DNA of 61,405 nt, filler included, from Aduncisulcus paluster (lineage: Eukaryota): assembly GCA_024181965.1 (NCBI GenBank). It is 3 parts of 3 records of this genome, joined end to end, with 100 filler letters (N's around TTAATTAATTAA, not from the genome) between each part and the next. Parts side by side here need not be neighbours in the genome. Positions count along the whole stretch, not along the records: positions 1 to 31,947 come from BQXS01013849.1; positions 32,048 to 42,032 come from BQXS01013850.1; 1 more part is not named here. The stretch is one strand, 5' to 3'. The notes below the pieces were generated by a model, which worked only from the letters and a program-made list of their open reading frames with translations, did not search any database and was not told the origin of the DNA. Below are positions 20,462 to 33,270 of the stretch, one piece after another. The translations under genes were made by a program, and so were the position numbers. Position 1 is the stretch's first letter, and every line of letters begins with the position of its first letter.

Positions 20462-21096
20462 TCATTTTCTACAATTTCTTGAGTATCTTGAATAATCTCC
20501 GTCAATCGCCCCATTATTCTTGCACCATTCCATCTTGGTATCATATTTGGGAGATATGTGAGGAACAAGAGATGGAACAGTGGAGAGCATGGAAATGAGT
20601 CTGGACCAGTATTTGATTCCCCATTCATGTTCTTCCTTCTTTATAACTGTAAACCACCCATCAAGAAGATCCTTAACATTATCATAGACTTCAACAGCAT
20701 GTGCTGGATCACAACATAAGTGGGAGAAGAAGAATATAACATATTCATGATAATCCCCAACAATCTTATCCCCAACAAACTCTCTCTTAACAACATCAAG
20801 AACAGGGTGGAAGAGAGGCCAAGCTTCAGAACACATGGATTTGTTGGGGGTTGAATTATCACTTAAGAAGGTGATTTTTGATAGAATAGCCATCCATTGC
20901 CCATAACACTCACTATCATTGTATATCCTCAACCAATCTCTGATATATGGTTTGATAAGGGTGAAAATAGAAGATCGAGTGGAAGAAGAGGGAGAGATAG
21001 AGATGTTTCTGAGAGTTCTTAATAAATCTAGAGCAACTTTACCTCCCAACTTCTCCTTACTTCCTCTCTCAAGAATACGTTTGAAAGTGGGAGAGA
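20462..21096 (-). CDS. C-terminal ARM-like repeat module of a second family member; 5' part lost in an N gap
   Basis: Aligns to 479-1125, differing by substitutions and one 19-nt indel near the stop; ends YSRYSRNCRK*. Same downstream flank as the 479 copy. Confidence 0.8.
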
Positions 21097-21116
21097 NNNN
21101 NNNNNNNNNNNNNNNN

Positions 21117-22100
21117 TAATACATAAGACCTTGATGATGTCTTACGGCCTGTTATTTCAGAAATTACGACTGATATCTTGGCTGGTTCACCAATGAAAAA
21201 TGTAGTATGTTCAGAGGCTCGATGAGATGGCTGATGTTTCTTATGGGCATCGTGGGAGTCGTTAATTGTACGTTTGCTGAAAAATCCGTGGATTGAAATG
21301 TCTTTCACGGTCAAAAGTCCTCGTCGTTGGGATAACCATTCAATGGGTTGAGAAAGGGAGGGTAATAGAGCAGGATCGGACATAACTCCAAGCCTAACGT
21401 TGTTTTCTCCGCCTTGATTCACACAAAAAACACATTGACCCATATATTCACTCAAACAAGTGCATCCAGAGGTTAAATAACGAATAGAATTAAAAAATGT
21501 CGTATCAATGGGTTTAACACTGGGGGAGGGAGTTTTTGAACCCCAAATGTATGGATTGGAGGCTAAATTGTTTGACAAAACGAAAGGAGTCTTTTGTAGA
21601 TTTAGTGGAACATTGGGGCTGATTGAAATATTATAATGGGTCGAAACATGGGATAATACCATTGATCGTGTGTTTGAATTGATCAAATATAGGACATTAA
21701 GGCCTATTTCTTCATTAGAATCGGCTTGACTTCGAACATCGTATTCGACCTCGTGTTTTTTATCTACAGCATTATATAGAGTATTTAAATGCATATTAAG
21801 TTCATATGGTTCATCAAAATCTTCGGATATGTTTGTTTTCTCCCCAAGAGATAGAAATACAATCAAATCATATTTAGGTGTTAAAGAAATATCATCATAG
21901 AAAGAGAATTGATTAATATCATAAATTGGCATGGAATCAACCAAATAATCCATATTCATCAGATCCATTTCGACATTCTCAGCCATTTCTGGAGTACATT
22001 CATGGGTTACTAATATAGCTCGATTTCCAATAGGTGGGAGAGCAATAATGGGGCATATAAGAAATATAAGGACCAAAAGGGAAACGATTAAACTTTTCAT
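21117..22100 (-). CDS. WBP1: WBP1/OST48 homologue, 5' part with the native signal peptide; 3' part lost in the gap
   Basis: MKSLIVSLLVLIFLICPIIA signal peptide. Only two amino-acid differences noticed versus the 14591 copy over the shared mature region. Confidence 0.75.
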
Positions 22101-22321
22101 ATATGGAAGATATGTTATAATTGTTCCAAAATGAAATTCTCATGCTCAGACACTGAAAAAAATCATTATTAAGAAAATTGGATGGGAAATTTAAAATAAA
22201 AATGCAACAAACAGCATGTTTTATTCTTGTAAATGCGAATAATTTAACTTAACGACCATATTTAATATTTGGATAAAAACCAGCTCTTTTGGTCAAAATT
22301 AAATCATATAAAACACATCCA

Positions 22322-25300
22322 ATGAATGATTCTGACGAAACCAGGAGAGAAATTACTGGTTTACATAGTGTTTCCGATTTATTGACTACTCTTGGTCCTG
22401 AAACCAAACGTAAAACTAGGCAAAGTTCAAATTCTCAAAGGCAAACCCAAATAACAAGTTCTCCTTCAATATATTCAAGAGTGAGTAGAGATCCTGTCAC
22501 TGCTGCCTCCCTATTATCATCTATTTCTCATTCGAAGGCTTTCCAGCCCGGAAGTCCTTCGTCTCCCCTAAATAGAACTTCTATTCTCTCACCATCATCG
22601 CATCCAATTGCGACTAAACCATTGTCAGATATTCAATTACCAAAACATAAAAGAGCACCAGCTGTTCATTCGAAACGGGCTGCTGTCACCACGCAAACCC
22701 GCGAAGATCGAACAAAAGGTGTTCCATCGCATCTTCTTGGGAGATCAGTCAATGAATTTATTGAATATATGCACGAGAGTGGGTCTAAAGCTTCATTCGC
22801 ATATTTGGTTCGAGCTAACGATCTCCCTGGTCTCATTGATCAATATCAATCATCTCTAAGCTCCATTAGAGGACATATACCTTCTCAGAAATCGCTTAAA
22901 CGGCAAGATAAACCCTCCCCTTTGTCTCCAATACCTCCCGCGGGAAGTCCTCTCAAGGCTGGTCTTCGTTCTCGTTCTATTAAGCGTGGAAGCCTTTTAA
23001 AGCCCGCGTCCGGACTTGAACCGATCCCTCCTGACCATCCCAACCCAGAAAAGACCCCAGCGACCGGTTCTGTCGTCCAGCATCGTCCCACCACTCCCAG
23101 GTCCCGTCTCCTACCGTCAATTAGCCGGTTATTGCCGTCCATCCATACTTTCCCTCCCCCTCCTTCTCCTTTACCTCCAGCCTCGATGTTATCTCACTTA
23201 AATGAGATCGACAGAGAGAAAAACCTTCAGTCACGGTTCTCTGGTAGATTGGTCAGGTTGAACGAGGATTACAGTCTTTATAACCTTTATGTCGTGCCCT
23301 ATCAGATTATTCAGCATGCTACAACGTACTTTACCATAAGTTTCCAAGGGGTAACCCAATATGGAGGAGATAAGGTTGATTTTACCCCACTTTCCGACTG
23401 GATGGCTGAGAAAGAGCTCTTTGACAAGCTTATGAAAGTGAGAATCTTTAAAAACTTCAGGTTATGGCGTTCCTTTATTACTTGGAAACGAGAGATAAAC
23501 GCTGAGAAACGAAAGGCCATCTCTGAAATCCTCCAAGCTCGTTTGTTCATCCTTGATAACAGCCTTCGAAGTGGTCTCTTTTTTACTGTCAAACGTCTAC
23601 GTGTTGTTGATTACCATAGATTCTTTTTACGTTCAATAGATCAGAGTCGAGTCATGTTAGGTAAGATTCTGACCAAAATAGAAGATGATAAGAGCAAAGA
23701 GATGAGTGGATCTTCTTCTTCTTCCACAACATCCTTGGCTGGTGGTACTGGAGATCTTCGTATTGACACATTGAAGGCTACTGCGGCTGCTAATTCTGCT
23801 AATAATCATAGTGGTAGTTCACAGGTTGGAATGGACTCTGCATCTAGTCGTTTTGATATATTCTCTGCCCGCCTTGGTATTTCTGACTCTTCCTTGCTTG
23901 ACACTACTGGCGAAGAAGTCCCTGTTCTATCTGTGAATGTTGATGATGGTGTGAAAGGCCATGGTTTTACTATGTCTGTGGATGAATTACATGATATTAG
24001 TGTGGAGATATTGCAAGAATTCAAACAACAAACAAGATCCGCCATCTTTGATATTACAAACAAGATATCAATCGTCTGCAATGACATTATCACATCTGTA
24101 GTCGGACAGAACAAAGAAGGAGGGCTCATCAGTGATAAAAAGGAAGAAAGAGAAGGTGAAGACTCTGCATCTTCATCGACTGGTTCTAGTTCTTCTGCTG
24201 CTGCTGGTAGCATTGGGGCTGGTGGATCTTCTGTCATATTGAGAAGAAAGAAAGGTAGTATCAAAACTGCTACTCTGTCGGAGAGAGCACACAATGTTCT
24301 TTCAAAGGAAAGCATGTCATCGAGCAGTGGATCTGGCTCTGGTGGAAATCGACTCTCATACACCGAACGAGCTGCAAAACGTCTTGAATGTCTTCGTTTG
24401 GCTGCTTACATCCGTGTTATCGACTATCACGTGATTGAAATGTTGTATAAATTCGTTGTTCTTTTCACTGTCAATGTAGCCGATGCTTTAAGCCAAGCTT
24501 CCAAGGCACCCACACCTGATATTACTTGGCTTACACTCTCTCCAACGGCATCTCTTGAGAATGCTGGTGTTGCTGATATCATTGACTCCCTTAATGTGAA
24601 CCCTGATGTCCTGGCTCGCACGAATGAACTTGTAGAGTACTGTCAGTTGGATTGTGAGGATCCTAAAGTCCAGAAACAAGTTAGAGATTTCTTGGCTGAA
24701 CGTTCTCAGAAGTTGTGTGGAAGTCTTATTAAGATCGAGGAAACTGAAGCAACTGGAGCTTCTGTCCATGGAGGTCACCGTCAACAGCTCAGCAAGGAAC
24801 AGAAGTTAGCAAGAAGGATGGCACCCGCAAGACCTACTACTCTGTGTGAGGATAGATTGGTTCATCCATTGACACCCATTCTTAGAGTAGAGCTTGGTAT
24901 CGGTTGTGTATTGACTGGAGACGATGATGTAGCCATGTACCATCAAGTATGGCAAAGTGAAGATATTATCTACACTGTATTTGAAAAAGAAGAGCTGAAA
25001 TATATCGTAAACAAGGCTTCTTTGTGTCCCATTTTACAAGATTCAGCTGTACCACCTCATTTGACTCAGTTGAAGGCTTCAAATATAAGATTGTTGCCCA
25101 TTGTAGGTTCTGGCCGGTTAGTTGATGCCTTTGACAATTTGATCAATGATCTTGTCCGTTACACTCTTGTTGTGGAACGTTTACCTCGTCACAGTGCCTT
25201 TAATACCTACACTAAACAATTTTTCACAGAGTCTGTTGGTCGTCTTGACAATGCTTCCCAAGAGAAACGGATTAAGTTCCCACAATTGGGCTCTTCCCGA

Positions 25301-28300
25301 CCTGCAGACGTTGTGTTTAGTAGCGAAGGACCTGAGATTATGTCGATGTTTGACGACAATAAGGATTTCGTTGAGGCTACAAAGGTTATTAATGATATTG
25401 TTGTCCAAGGTCATAAAGATGTTGTCGATTTCACTGAATCTCTTGAAGGGTATGTAAGAACTCTTGACTGGAACTCAGACCTTCTTGAGGTTGAGACAAG
25501 ATGTGCTCCTACTTTCTCATCTCTTGAGAAAGAACGTTTTGAAGCCCAAGAGAAGAAGAAGAAACTCATGAAAGAGCGTCGTATGCAAGGAGATTCCTTG
25601 ATTGATGATGATCTTGGTGGAATGGATGTTATTGGAGTTGGAGATGATCGAGCTGCTTCTCGTCTGTCTGTTATAGGTGGTGGTCTTGATTTTGGTGCTG
25701 AGGACAGTGAGGAAGAAAAGCTTCGTCTAAGGCGTAAGCGTGATCAAAAACGCAAACGTGGAATGCCCACCTTGAAGCAAAAGGACGTTAATTCTTTGAT
25801 ACAAGGCCATGCTCAATTAAAAGCTCAACTTGAATTGGTACGTTCGATGCCATCTTGTGTGGTTGTACCTCCATTCTGTGTGGATCTTGCACCAGTGCGT
25901 CAAATCCTTGAAGGTCCTCCAACTCGTCGTCTTGCTCGTTTACGTCGACTTTTACCTCTTATCCTTCACGATGCTTGTGACTCTCTTCACTTTGAAACAC
26001 AAGATATGGTTAATGCTTTGAAGACAGAGAGTCAGACTGTCAAACAGTTCTGTGGCTATCTCCAAGATCTTGATAGAGTTGTTGAGACTGGTCTTAAGGA
26101 AGTCGATGCATGTTTCGCTGTTGTGAATTCCCTACATGATGCTATGAAACCCAATGACATTGACCTTGAAGATGAAGTAAGAGCTTTGTTTACAAATACA
26201 TCATCTGCTGTAAAACAATTACGTGACAGTGTGACAGTCTGTGAAAGTGGGAGAGCTGGTCGAGTTGCTGAGTTTTCTGAACAATTAATGGTCCAAATTA
26301 ATCAATTGAAAGAAAATACCCAGAAACTAACTGATACGTTGCACAATGAAGCCTCTATCAAGGATTATGCAGCTGCTCAAAACTGTCAATTCTCTGAAGC
26401 TGTTGAGAAACTTGACGAAATGTTTGAATTATTCTCTGATTTCAAGAAGAGGAGCAAGGAATATCTGAAATATCAACAAGCTTTGGGTATGGAGCCTGCA
26501 TCATTCAATCTTCTTGATGATTCTTTCAATGAATGTTCAATGCACAGATCTGTCTGGCATTCTTTGAGAGATTGGGATACAAAAAGTAAGGAATGGAGAG
26601 GTGAAGGGTTTAGAGCTGTCGACGCAGATGGAGTTACTCTCGAAGTACAAGCTTTTTATAAGCTATCAGTGCGTGCTGAGCGTCAACTTAACGATACAAA
26701 GGTCGTTGGTGTCCTTAGAAGCCGTGTAGATGAGTTTAAGAAGGCTTTACCAGCCATCAGTGATCTCAGAAACCCTGCTCTCGTTCAAAGACATTTAGAC
26801 AGAGTCTGGGAACTCTTAGGAGAGCCTGAGCAAGGTCAGGATGCCGTGACTGTTGGTTGGTTGATTGCCCAAGATGTTGTCCGTCACCGTGATGCCATTT
26901 CTACTATCTCTGCCGAGGCTTCCAATGAAGCTGCACTTAAAGACATGCTCGAAGGTGTCAAAGTTAAATGGAACGACATGGATTTCATTGTTTTATCTCA
27001 CGGTGGAGGAGGAGATAAGTATATTCTTGGTGCTGTTGATGATATCATTGCTCTGATGGATGATCATTTGGTCACACTAAACACTATGCTTGCTTCTCGT
27101 TATATTGCAGCTGTTGAAGCTGAAGTCAGTGAAATGCAGAAACGTCTATCTTTGTTGTCAGATACTTTGGAAGTGTGGATAATCGTTCAGAAAGGTTGGA
27201 TGTATCTGGAAAGTATCTTCTGTGCCCCGGATATTCAAAGACAATTGCCTCATGAATATCAAGCCTTTAACAGTGTTGACAGAAGTTGGAAAGAACTCAT
27301 GATTCGTGTTCACGATACTCCCAATGCCCTTGACAACGGAACTGAACCTGGATTGCTTGAAAAACTCACTAAACATTCCAAACAACTTGAAAGGATAGAG
27401 AAACAACTTAGAGAATATCTTGAAGCTAAAAGAACAGTCTTCCCACGTTTTTATTTCTTATCCAATGATGAGTTACTTGATATTTTATCTCAAACACGTA
27501 ATCCACGTGCTGTGCAACCACATTTAAGGAAGTGTTTCGATAACTTGTACCATTTAGAGTTTGGAGGTAAGAGTGATGATATTATTGGTATGGATTCTGT
27601 TGAGAAAGAACATGTGGCGTTTGTAAAGAATGTAAGGATTCGTGGTACTGTTGAAACTTGGCTTGGTACTGTTGAAAAGGCTATGAGAGAAACTTTGAGA
27701 CATAATCTCCAACAAACTCTTGTTGATTTAGCTGCATGTGAAGATGATAGAATTGAATGGATTAAGACACACAAGGCTCAACTATTGATTGCTGTTAGTC
27801 AGATTAACTGGACCAGGAGTGTTCTTGAATGTCTTGATCGTGATGCTGCCATTGATGGTGCCAATTCCTTGAACACTGCACGTGATTCATCTGCAAGGAT
27901 ATCTCCATCTCCAATGCGTCGTTCTATGTCAATAGATTCTCATGGAGGTGATCATCACTCTGATGTTATGTCTGACCACGGGGCTGGGTATCAACCAAGT
28001 GCTCTGGTGGAGTTTAGAGAACATTGGGTCCAATCCCTTGAGGACGTTGTGGCTCTTGTGTCTTCTGATTTGAGTCCCTTGTTGCGAAAAAGTGTAGTTG
28101 CTCTGATTACAATTGAAGTCCATGCTAGGGATATCATTGATGAGTTGATTGAGAACAAGATACGCGATAAACATGAGTTTGAGTGGACAAAACGACTTCG
28201 ATATGTTTGGAATGAAGAAGAACAAGACTGTTTCATCCATCAAACTGATGCAGCTTTTAGATATGCCTATGAGTACCTTGGAGCTTCTTCCAGGCTGGTC

Positions 28301-31300
28301 ATCACACCGTTGACTGATAGAATCTATATGACATTAACTGGAGCTCTTCATTTATGTCTTGGAGGATCACCGGCTGGACCGGCTGGTACCGGTAAGACAG
28401 AAACGGTCAAAGATCTTGCAAAAGCCGTTGCTCGTTTCAGTGTTGTGTTGAACTGTTCAGAAACTATCAACTCCACAACCATGTCTGCTTTCTTCAAGGG
28501 TCTGAGTGCTGCAGGAGCTGTGGGTTGTTTCGATGAGTTTAATCGTATCCAAATTGATGTTCTGAGTGTTATTGCTCAGCAAATCTTACAGATTAGAACT
28601 GCTTTATTATTAAACAAACAGCAATTCGAGTTTGAAGGATCTAACCTAAGGTTGGATAAGAATTTGGGTTATTTCATCACGATGAATCCTGGTTATGCAG
28701 GTCGTACAGAATTGCCTGATAACTTGAAGGTTCTTTTCCGTCCTGTTTCTTGTATGGTTCCCGATTATGCTCTTATTGCTGAGATTATCTTATTTGCTGA
28801 AGGATTTAGAACTGCTAGACCATTGTCCCAAAAGATGACACAACTTTACAAACTTTCTTCCGAGCAGTTAAGTCAACAGAGTCACTATGATTTTGGTATG
28901 CGTGCCTTAAAATCTGTTCTGGTCATGGCTGGTTCTCTTATGCGTGCTGCTCCAGACCAGGAAGAAGATGTCGTTCTGATCCGAGCTATGGTTGGAAGTA
29001 ATGTTCCGAAGTTTCTCAAGGAAGATGCTGATCTATTTATGGGTATTGTTCAAGATTTATTCCCAGGTGCTGAAATTGATGAAGTTAAACAGATATCCCT
29101 TGAAAAAATGTTAATGAATGTGGTCGAAAGCTTTGGTCTTATCCCACACCCAGTACAGATTGGTAAGGCTGTCCAGTTATTCGATACCATGAATATCCGG
29201 CATGGAGTTATGCTTGTCGGTAAGACTGGTGGTTCTAAGACTGTCATTTGGCATATCCTTAAACGTGCCTTGACATTGTTGAGTGAACAGGGGGTATTAC
29301 AAGCAGATGGCAAGAGTACATTTAACAAGGTGACAAGTTATTGTTTGAATCCTAAATGTATTAATATGGGTGAACTATATGGAGATTATAATCCATTGAC
29401 GCAGGAATGGAAAGATGGTCTTGTGGCTGTCCTTGTGCGTGAAATTGTTAAGGATGAGAGTGAAGATCGGAAGTGGCTTGTATTTGATGGTCCTGTTGAC
29501 ACTCTTTGGATTGAATCTATGAATACCTGTCTGGATGATAACAAATTGCTTTGTCTTGCTAATTCAGAGCGTATTAAGTTGAATGATACCGTTAACATTC
29601 TGTTTGAAGTTCAAGATCTTGAACAAGCATCTCCCGCTACAGTTAGTAGATGTGGAATGGTCTACGTTGAACCAGAAGCTCTTGGGTGGGAAGTATATCT
29701 TGATTCATGGATAAACAATGAACTTTTGGGCAACGAGGAAGAACTATCGAATGTGACTGCCAGTGGGAAATCCAACGAAGAGCTGACTGATTCTCGTGAT
29801 GTAGAAAATATGCATTATGCAGCCGTTAAAGATGTTGTAGGATGCCTTAACTTGGGTGTCACTGTGGCTGAACATGTATCTAAAGTCCTCAAAACAATGC
29901 TACGTCGTATTGTCCCTGCTGTCTGTAGCAGTGAATTTATCATGGATGTACCAGCAACTGAACTCCAGATTGTAACCAGTGTGTGTTCTATTTTTAGATC
30001 TATTGTTGAGAATAACCCTGGAATCCATCAATATCTTACTCTTGATCGTGAACGTAGGAAAGAAACTGGTGATTTTGAGGATGAAGATGAGATTAACAAA
30101 CCTATCCCATATTCTGTTAATACTATCCCCTTAGCTTCTTTGCCTGAAGATATGATTATCCGTGTATCCGAATATATTGCTATATTTGCTACTATTTGGG
30201 GTTGTGGAGGAAATGTTATTGCCCATAATACTGATAAGTTTGAAGGTTTGATGCGTAACGTCTTGAGTCTTGACAAAACTCTACCAGAACTCCCCACTTC
30301 TTGCTCTGTCTTTGATGTATGGGTTGATACTTCGAACTTACCAACTCTTATCGAAGGGTTTAAAAAGGCTCGTGAAAGAGCTGTGGAAGAAGGTAAAGAT
30401 CCTAATTCAGTGACCAGTGAAGATATACCTGGAGGTCTTAACGCTGTTTCTTTCAAAGAATTCAGCTCAATTGTCTCATCTTTCACGTATGATGTTAATT
30501 CTCCCTTCTTCTCAGTCACTGTACCGACAGTAGATACTGTGAGAATCCAATATCTGACTGAATCTCTGATAACATGTCACAAACCTGTCTTGATCACAGG
30601 TGGAAGTGGTGTTGGAAAGACTCTTATTGCTTCACATACTCTTCAGGGCCTTGCAAAACAAGACAAAGTCGTAGTGATTCCAGTTAACTTTTCAGCTCAA
30701 ACCTCTTCTCTTCTCACTCAACAGACTATTGAATCTAAACTTGAGAGAAGGCGAAGAACAGCTTTAGGGCCTGTTCCAGGAAAAGTCGCTGTGATATTTG
30801 TAGATGATTTGAATATGCCTGCTTTGGATACCTTTGGTTCACAACCTCCAATTGAATTGCTTCGTCAATTTGCTGATTATGGTGGTGTCTATGACCGCGA
30901 ACAGAACTTCTTCAAGTCCTGGGAAGATACTGTGTTGTTAACTCTTTGTGCTCCTCCAGGTGGTGGAAGAAACCATATCACACCTCGTCTAACCAGACAT
31001 TTCACTGCTCTTTCAATTCCTGATCCAAGTAACGAGAGTATCGGAAAGATATTCAGAAGTATTGTAAGTGGGTATTTAAGTGCAAAGTCTTTCTCTGCCG
31101 ATGTTCAGAAACTTACTAGACCCCTTGTTGATGGAATAATTGAGATATATAGACGTGTGAATGATGAACTTCGTCCCACTCCAGCTAAATCCCATTATTT
31201 GTTCAATATGAGAGATGTTGGTAAGGTTGTTCAGGGTCTATTAATGTCTTCACCCAAATCCATCGACAGTACAGAACATGCATCTGCTCTATGGCTTCAT

Positions 31301-31947
31301 GAGGTATGTCGTGTATTTGAGGACAGATTGGTGAGTGAAACGGATAAGATCTGGCTGCAAGAAGCTGTTATTGAGATTGCCAACAAACATTTCCCTGTTT
31401 CCTGGGATTATGAGGATGTTTTCCACCATGCCGTTCGTCCTAATGCCATGGGTTCATCTGGTGCAACTTCTAGATCACATCGAAGTGGTGGTAAGCACGC
31501 ACAGTCGTCTAAACATAATGCTTCTGGTGGAGGAGGAGGAGAAGATGAGGAGGAAGAGAATGCTGATGCTGCTTCACAAGAATGGAAGAGTGGGAAAGCT
31601 TCAATGTTTGTTAATTTCTTAAAGCTTGGAACACCGATGGCTGAACGTCAGTATTGCAGTGCTAAATATGAAGAGGTTAAGAAAGTTCTCGATGGTGCTC
31701 AAGAAGACTTTGCCGCTATGGGTAGGGATTTAGGTCTTGTGTATTTCCAAGATGCTGCTGCTCATGTTGCTAGAATCACGCGTACTCTTTCACAGCCAAG
31801 GGGTAATTTATTACTCGTAGGTGTTGGAGGTAGTGGAAAACAAAGTCTTACAAAGATCTCTTGTTTCTTGTGTGAGTATGATATTTTCCAGATTGAACTC
31901 ACCCGTGGTTATGGCATTGTTGAATTTAAAGAAGATATTAAGAGTTT
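22322..31947 (+). CDS. Axonemal dynein heavy chain (single-headed inner-arm type, DNAH6-like); 3'-truncated at the scaffold end
   Basis: FPRFYFLSNDELL, YEYLG..RLVITPLTDR, GPAGTGKTET (AAA1), FDEFNRI, TMNPGYAGRTELPDNLK, FDGPVDTLWIE, GGSGVGKT (AAA3), GVGGSGKQS (AAA4). Confidence 0.96.
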
Positions 31948-32047
31948 NNNNNNNNNNNNNNNNNNNNNNNNNNNNNNNNNNNNNNNNNNNNTTAATTAAT
32001 TAANNNNNNNNNNNNNNNNNNNNNNNNNNNNNNNNNNNNNNNNNNNN
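31948..32047. other. Artificial scaffold spacer (N-TTAATTAATTAA-N)
   Basis: Six-frame stop linker between N runs; identical construct at 42033-42132. Confidence 0.95.
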
Positions 32048-33216
32048 GGGACGGACATGGCGTAAACTCGATCAAGGCAAGCCAAATCAGCATCACAAGG
32101 AGAGCCGAAGCAGAAAAGATGAAGAAGAAGCAGGAGAAAGGAATCGCTAGAGCAATCGAACAGGGTGTCAACCCGAGTGTAATCATCAAATCCCAGTTAG
32201 AAACAGTATTCTACACCGCTTCAGATAAAGGCTACTGCCACCAATCAACACCATCACCCCCCCCTCCAATTCCGCCGACTCCACCCGCCCTCATCTCTGG
32301 CCCAAACCTCAGTGTTGCTTCAACGTCAACCCCCCACAATACCCAAACACCAAAGAAAAGGGGAAGAAAGAAGAAACGGACAAGTTGTGACTTATCACAA
32401 AAAGACATTGAAACAACACAATCCAAAAACCTGCCCACCAGGAATAGGCTCCCCTCCATCATTGCGCTGAAAGATAAAGAAAACTCCAAATTCCTCAAAA
32501 AAGCAAGGAAAAGGCGAAAACCCAAACCTCCCTTGCAGGAAATCTCAGAGGATAAGCCTGCTGAAGGAATGACCGCGATGATCCCGATCCCCCCCTCCGT
32601 TCCTAGGAATATTCCATCATTTTCCCGTGGTGTAATACCTGTTTCAAAACGCCGGACAATCTCCGTATCCCCGGATTTGGTCCAAACCTCAGACCAAGAG
32701 ACAGAACCGACGACCCCTTCAAAGAAACAATCTCTCATAGAAGAAGGTGGTCAAAAGGCTACAAAACGGTCTCTACCGCTCCCCAGGTCAGGAAAGAGAC
32801 AGGTCGAAGGCACAGACCAAGAACCGGCAGCCAAGGAACCACCTCACCAGGCAATCCACCAGGATGAGGCGAGTGAAGATTGTGACAACAATGCCAAACA
32901 TGGATCAAAGGAAGAAGAAACTTCTGGTGACCCCTTTGATCTCGAAGATAAAGAAGAGGAAGAGGAGGACAACTTCATTACTCCCCGTTCCAAATCTAGG
33001 TCACCAGAAATTTTTGATGTTGTTGATGATGAAGGTTTAGCTATTTCACAACCTTGTTTTGTTTTGTTGTTTGTCAGACACCACGACGCTATTTCACAAC
33101 CTGGAGAGAAGGTTGTTCTTCCATTTTCGAACCTTTCATCTTGTGTAAGGGGCTCACGAATATTCCAAGAGACACAATTGAATTGTGTTTTGTTTTATTA
33201 TATAATAATTATATGA
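32048..33216 (+). CDS. 5'-partial Pro/Lys/Glu-rich ORF of unknown function, compositionally atypical
   Basis: Open frame from the scaffold start. Visibly more C/A-rich than neighbouring genes up to ~33040, where GCTATTTCACAACCT is duplicated (33040, 33088). Confidence 0.45.
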
Positions 33217-33270
33217 ATCTGCTAATAAATTTAAAATTTGAATGATCATTGATTTAATCAATGATTATAA

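Noticed and set aside
479..21096. Diversity-generating retroelement as the source of repeat variability
   Set aside because: No reverse transcriptase in the window, and no copy here behaves as a template with adenine-only differences. A template elsewhere cannot be excluded.
22608..31622. Numerous short overlapping or antisense ORFs in dynein and other long genes
   Set aside because: Shadow ORFs of long coding frames with no independent motifs.
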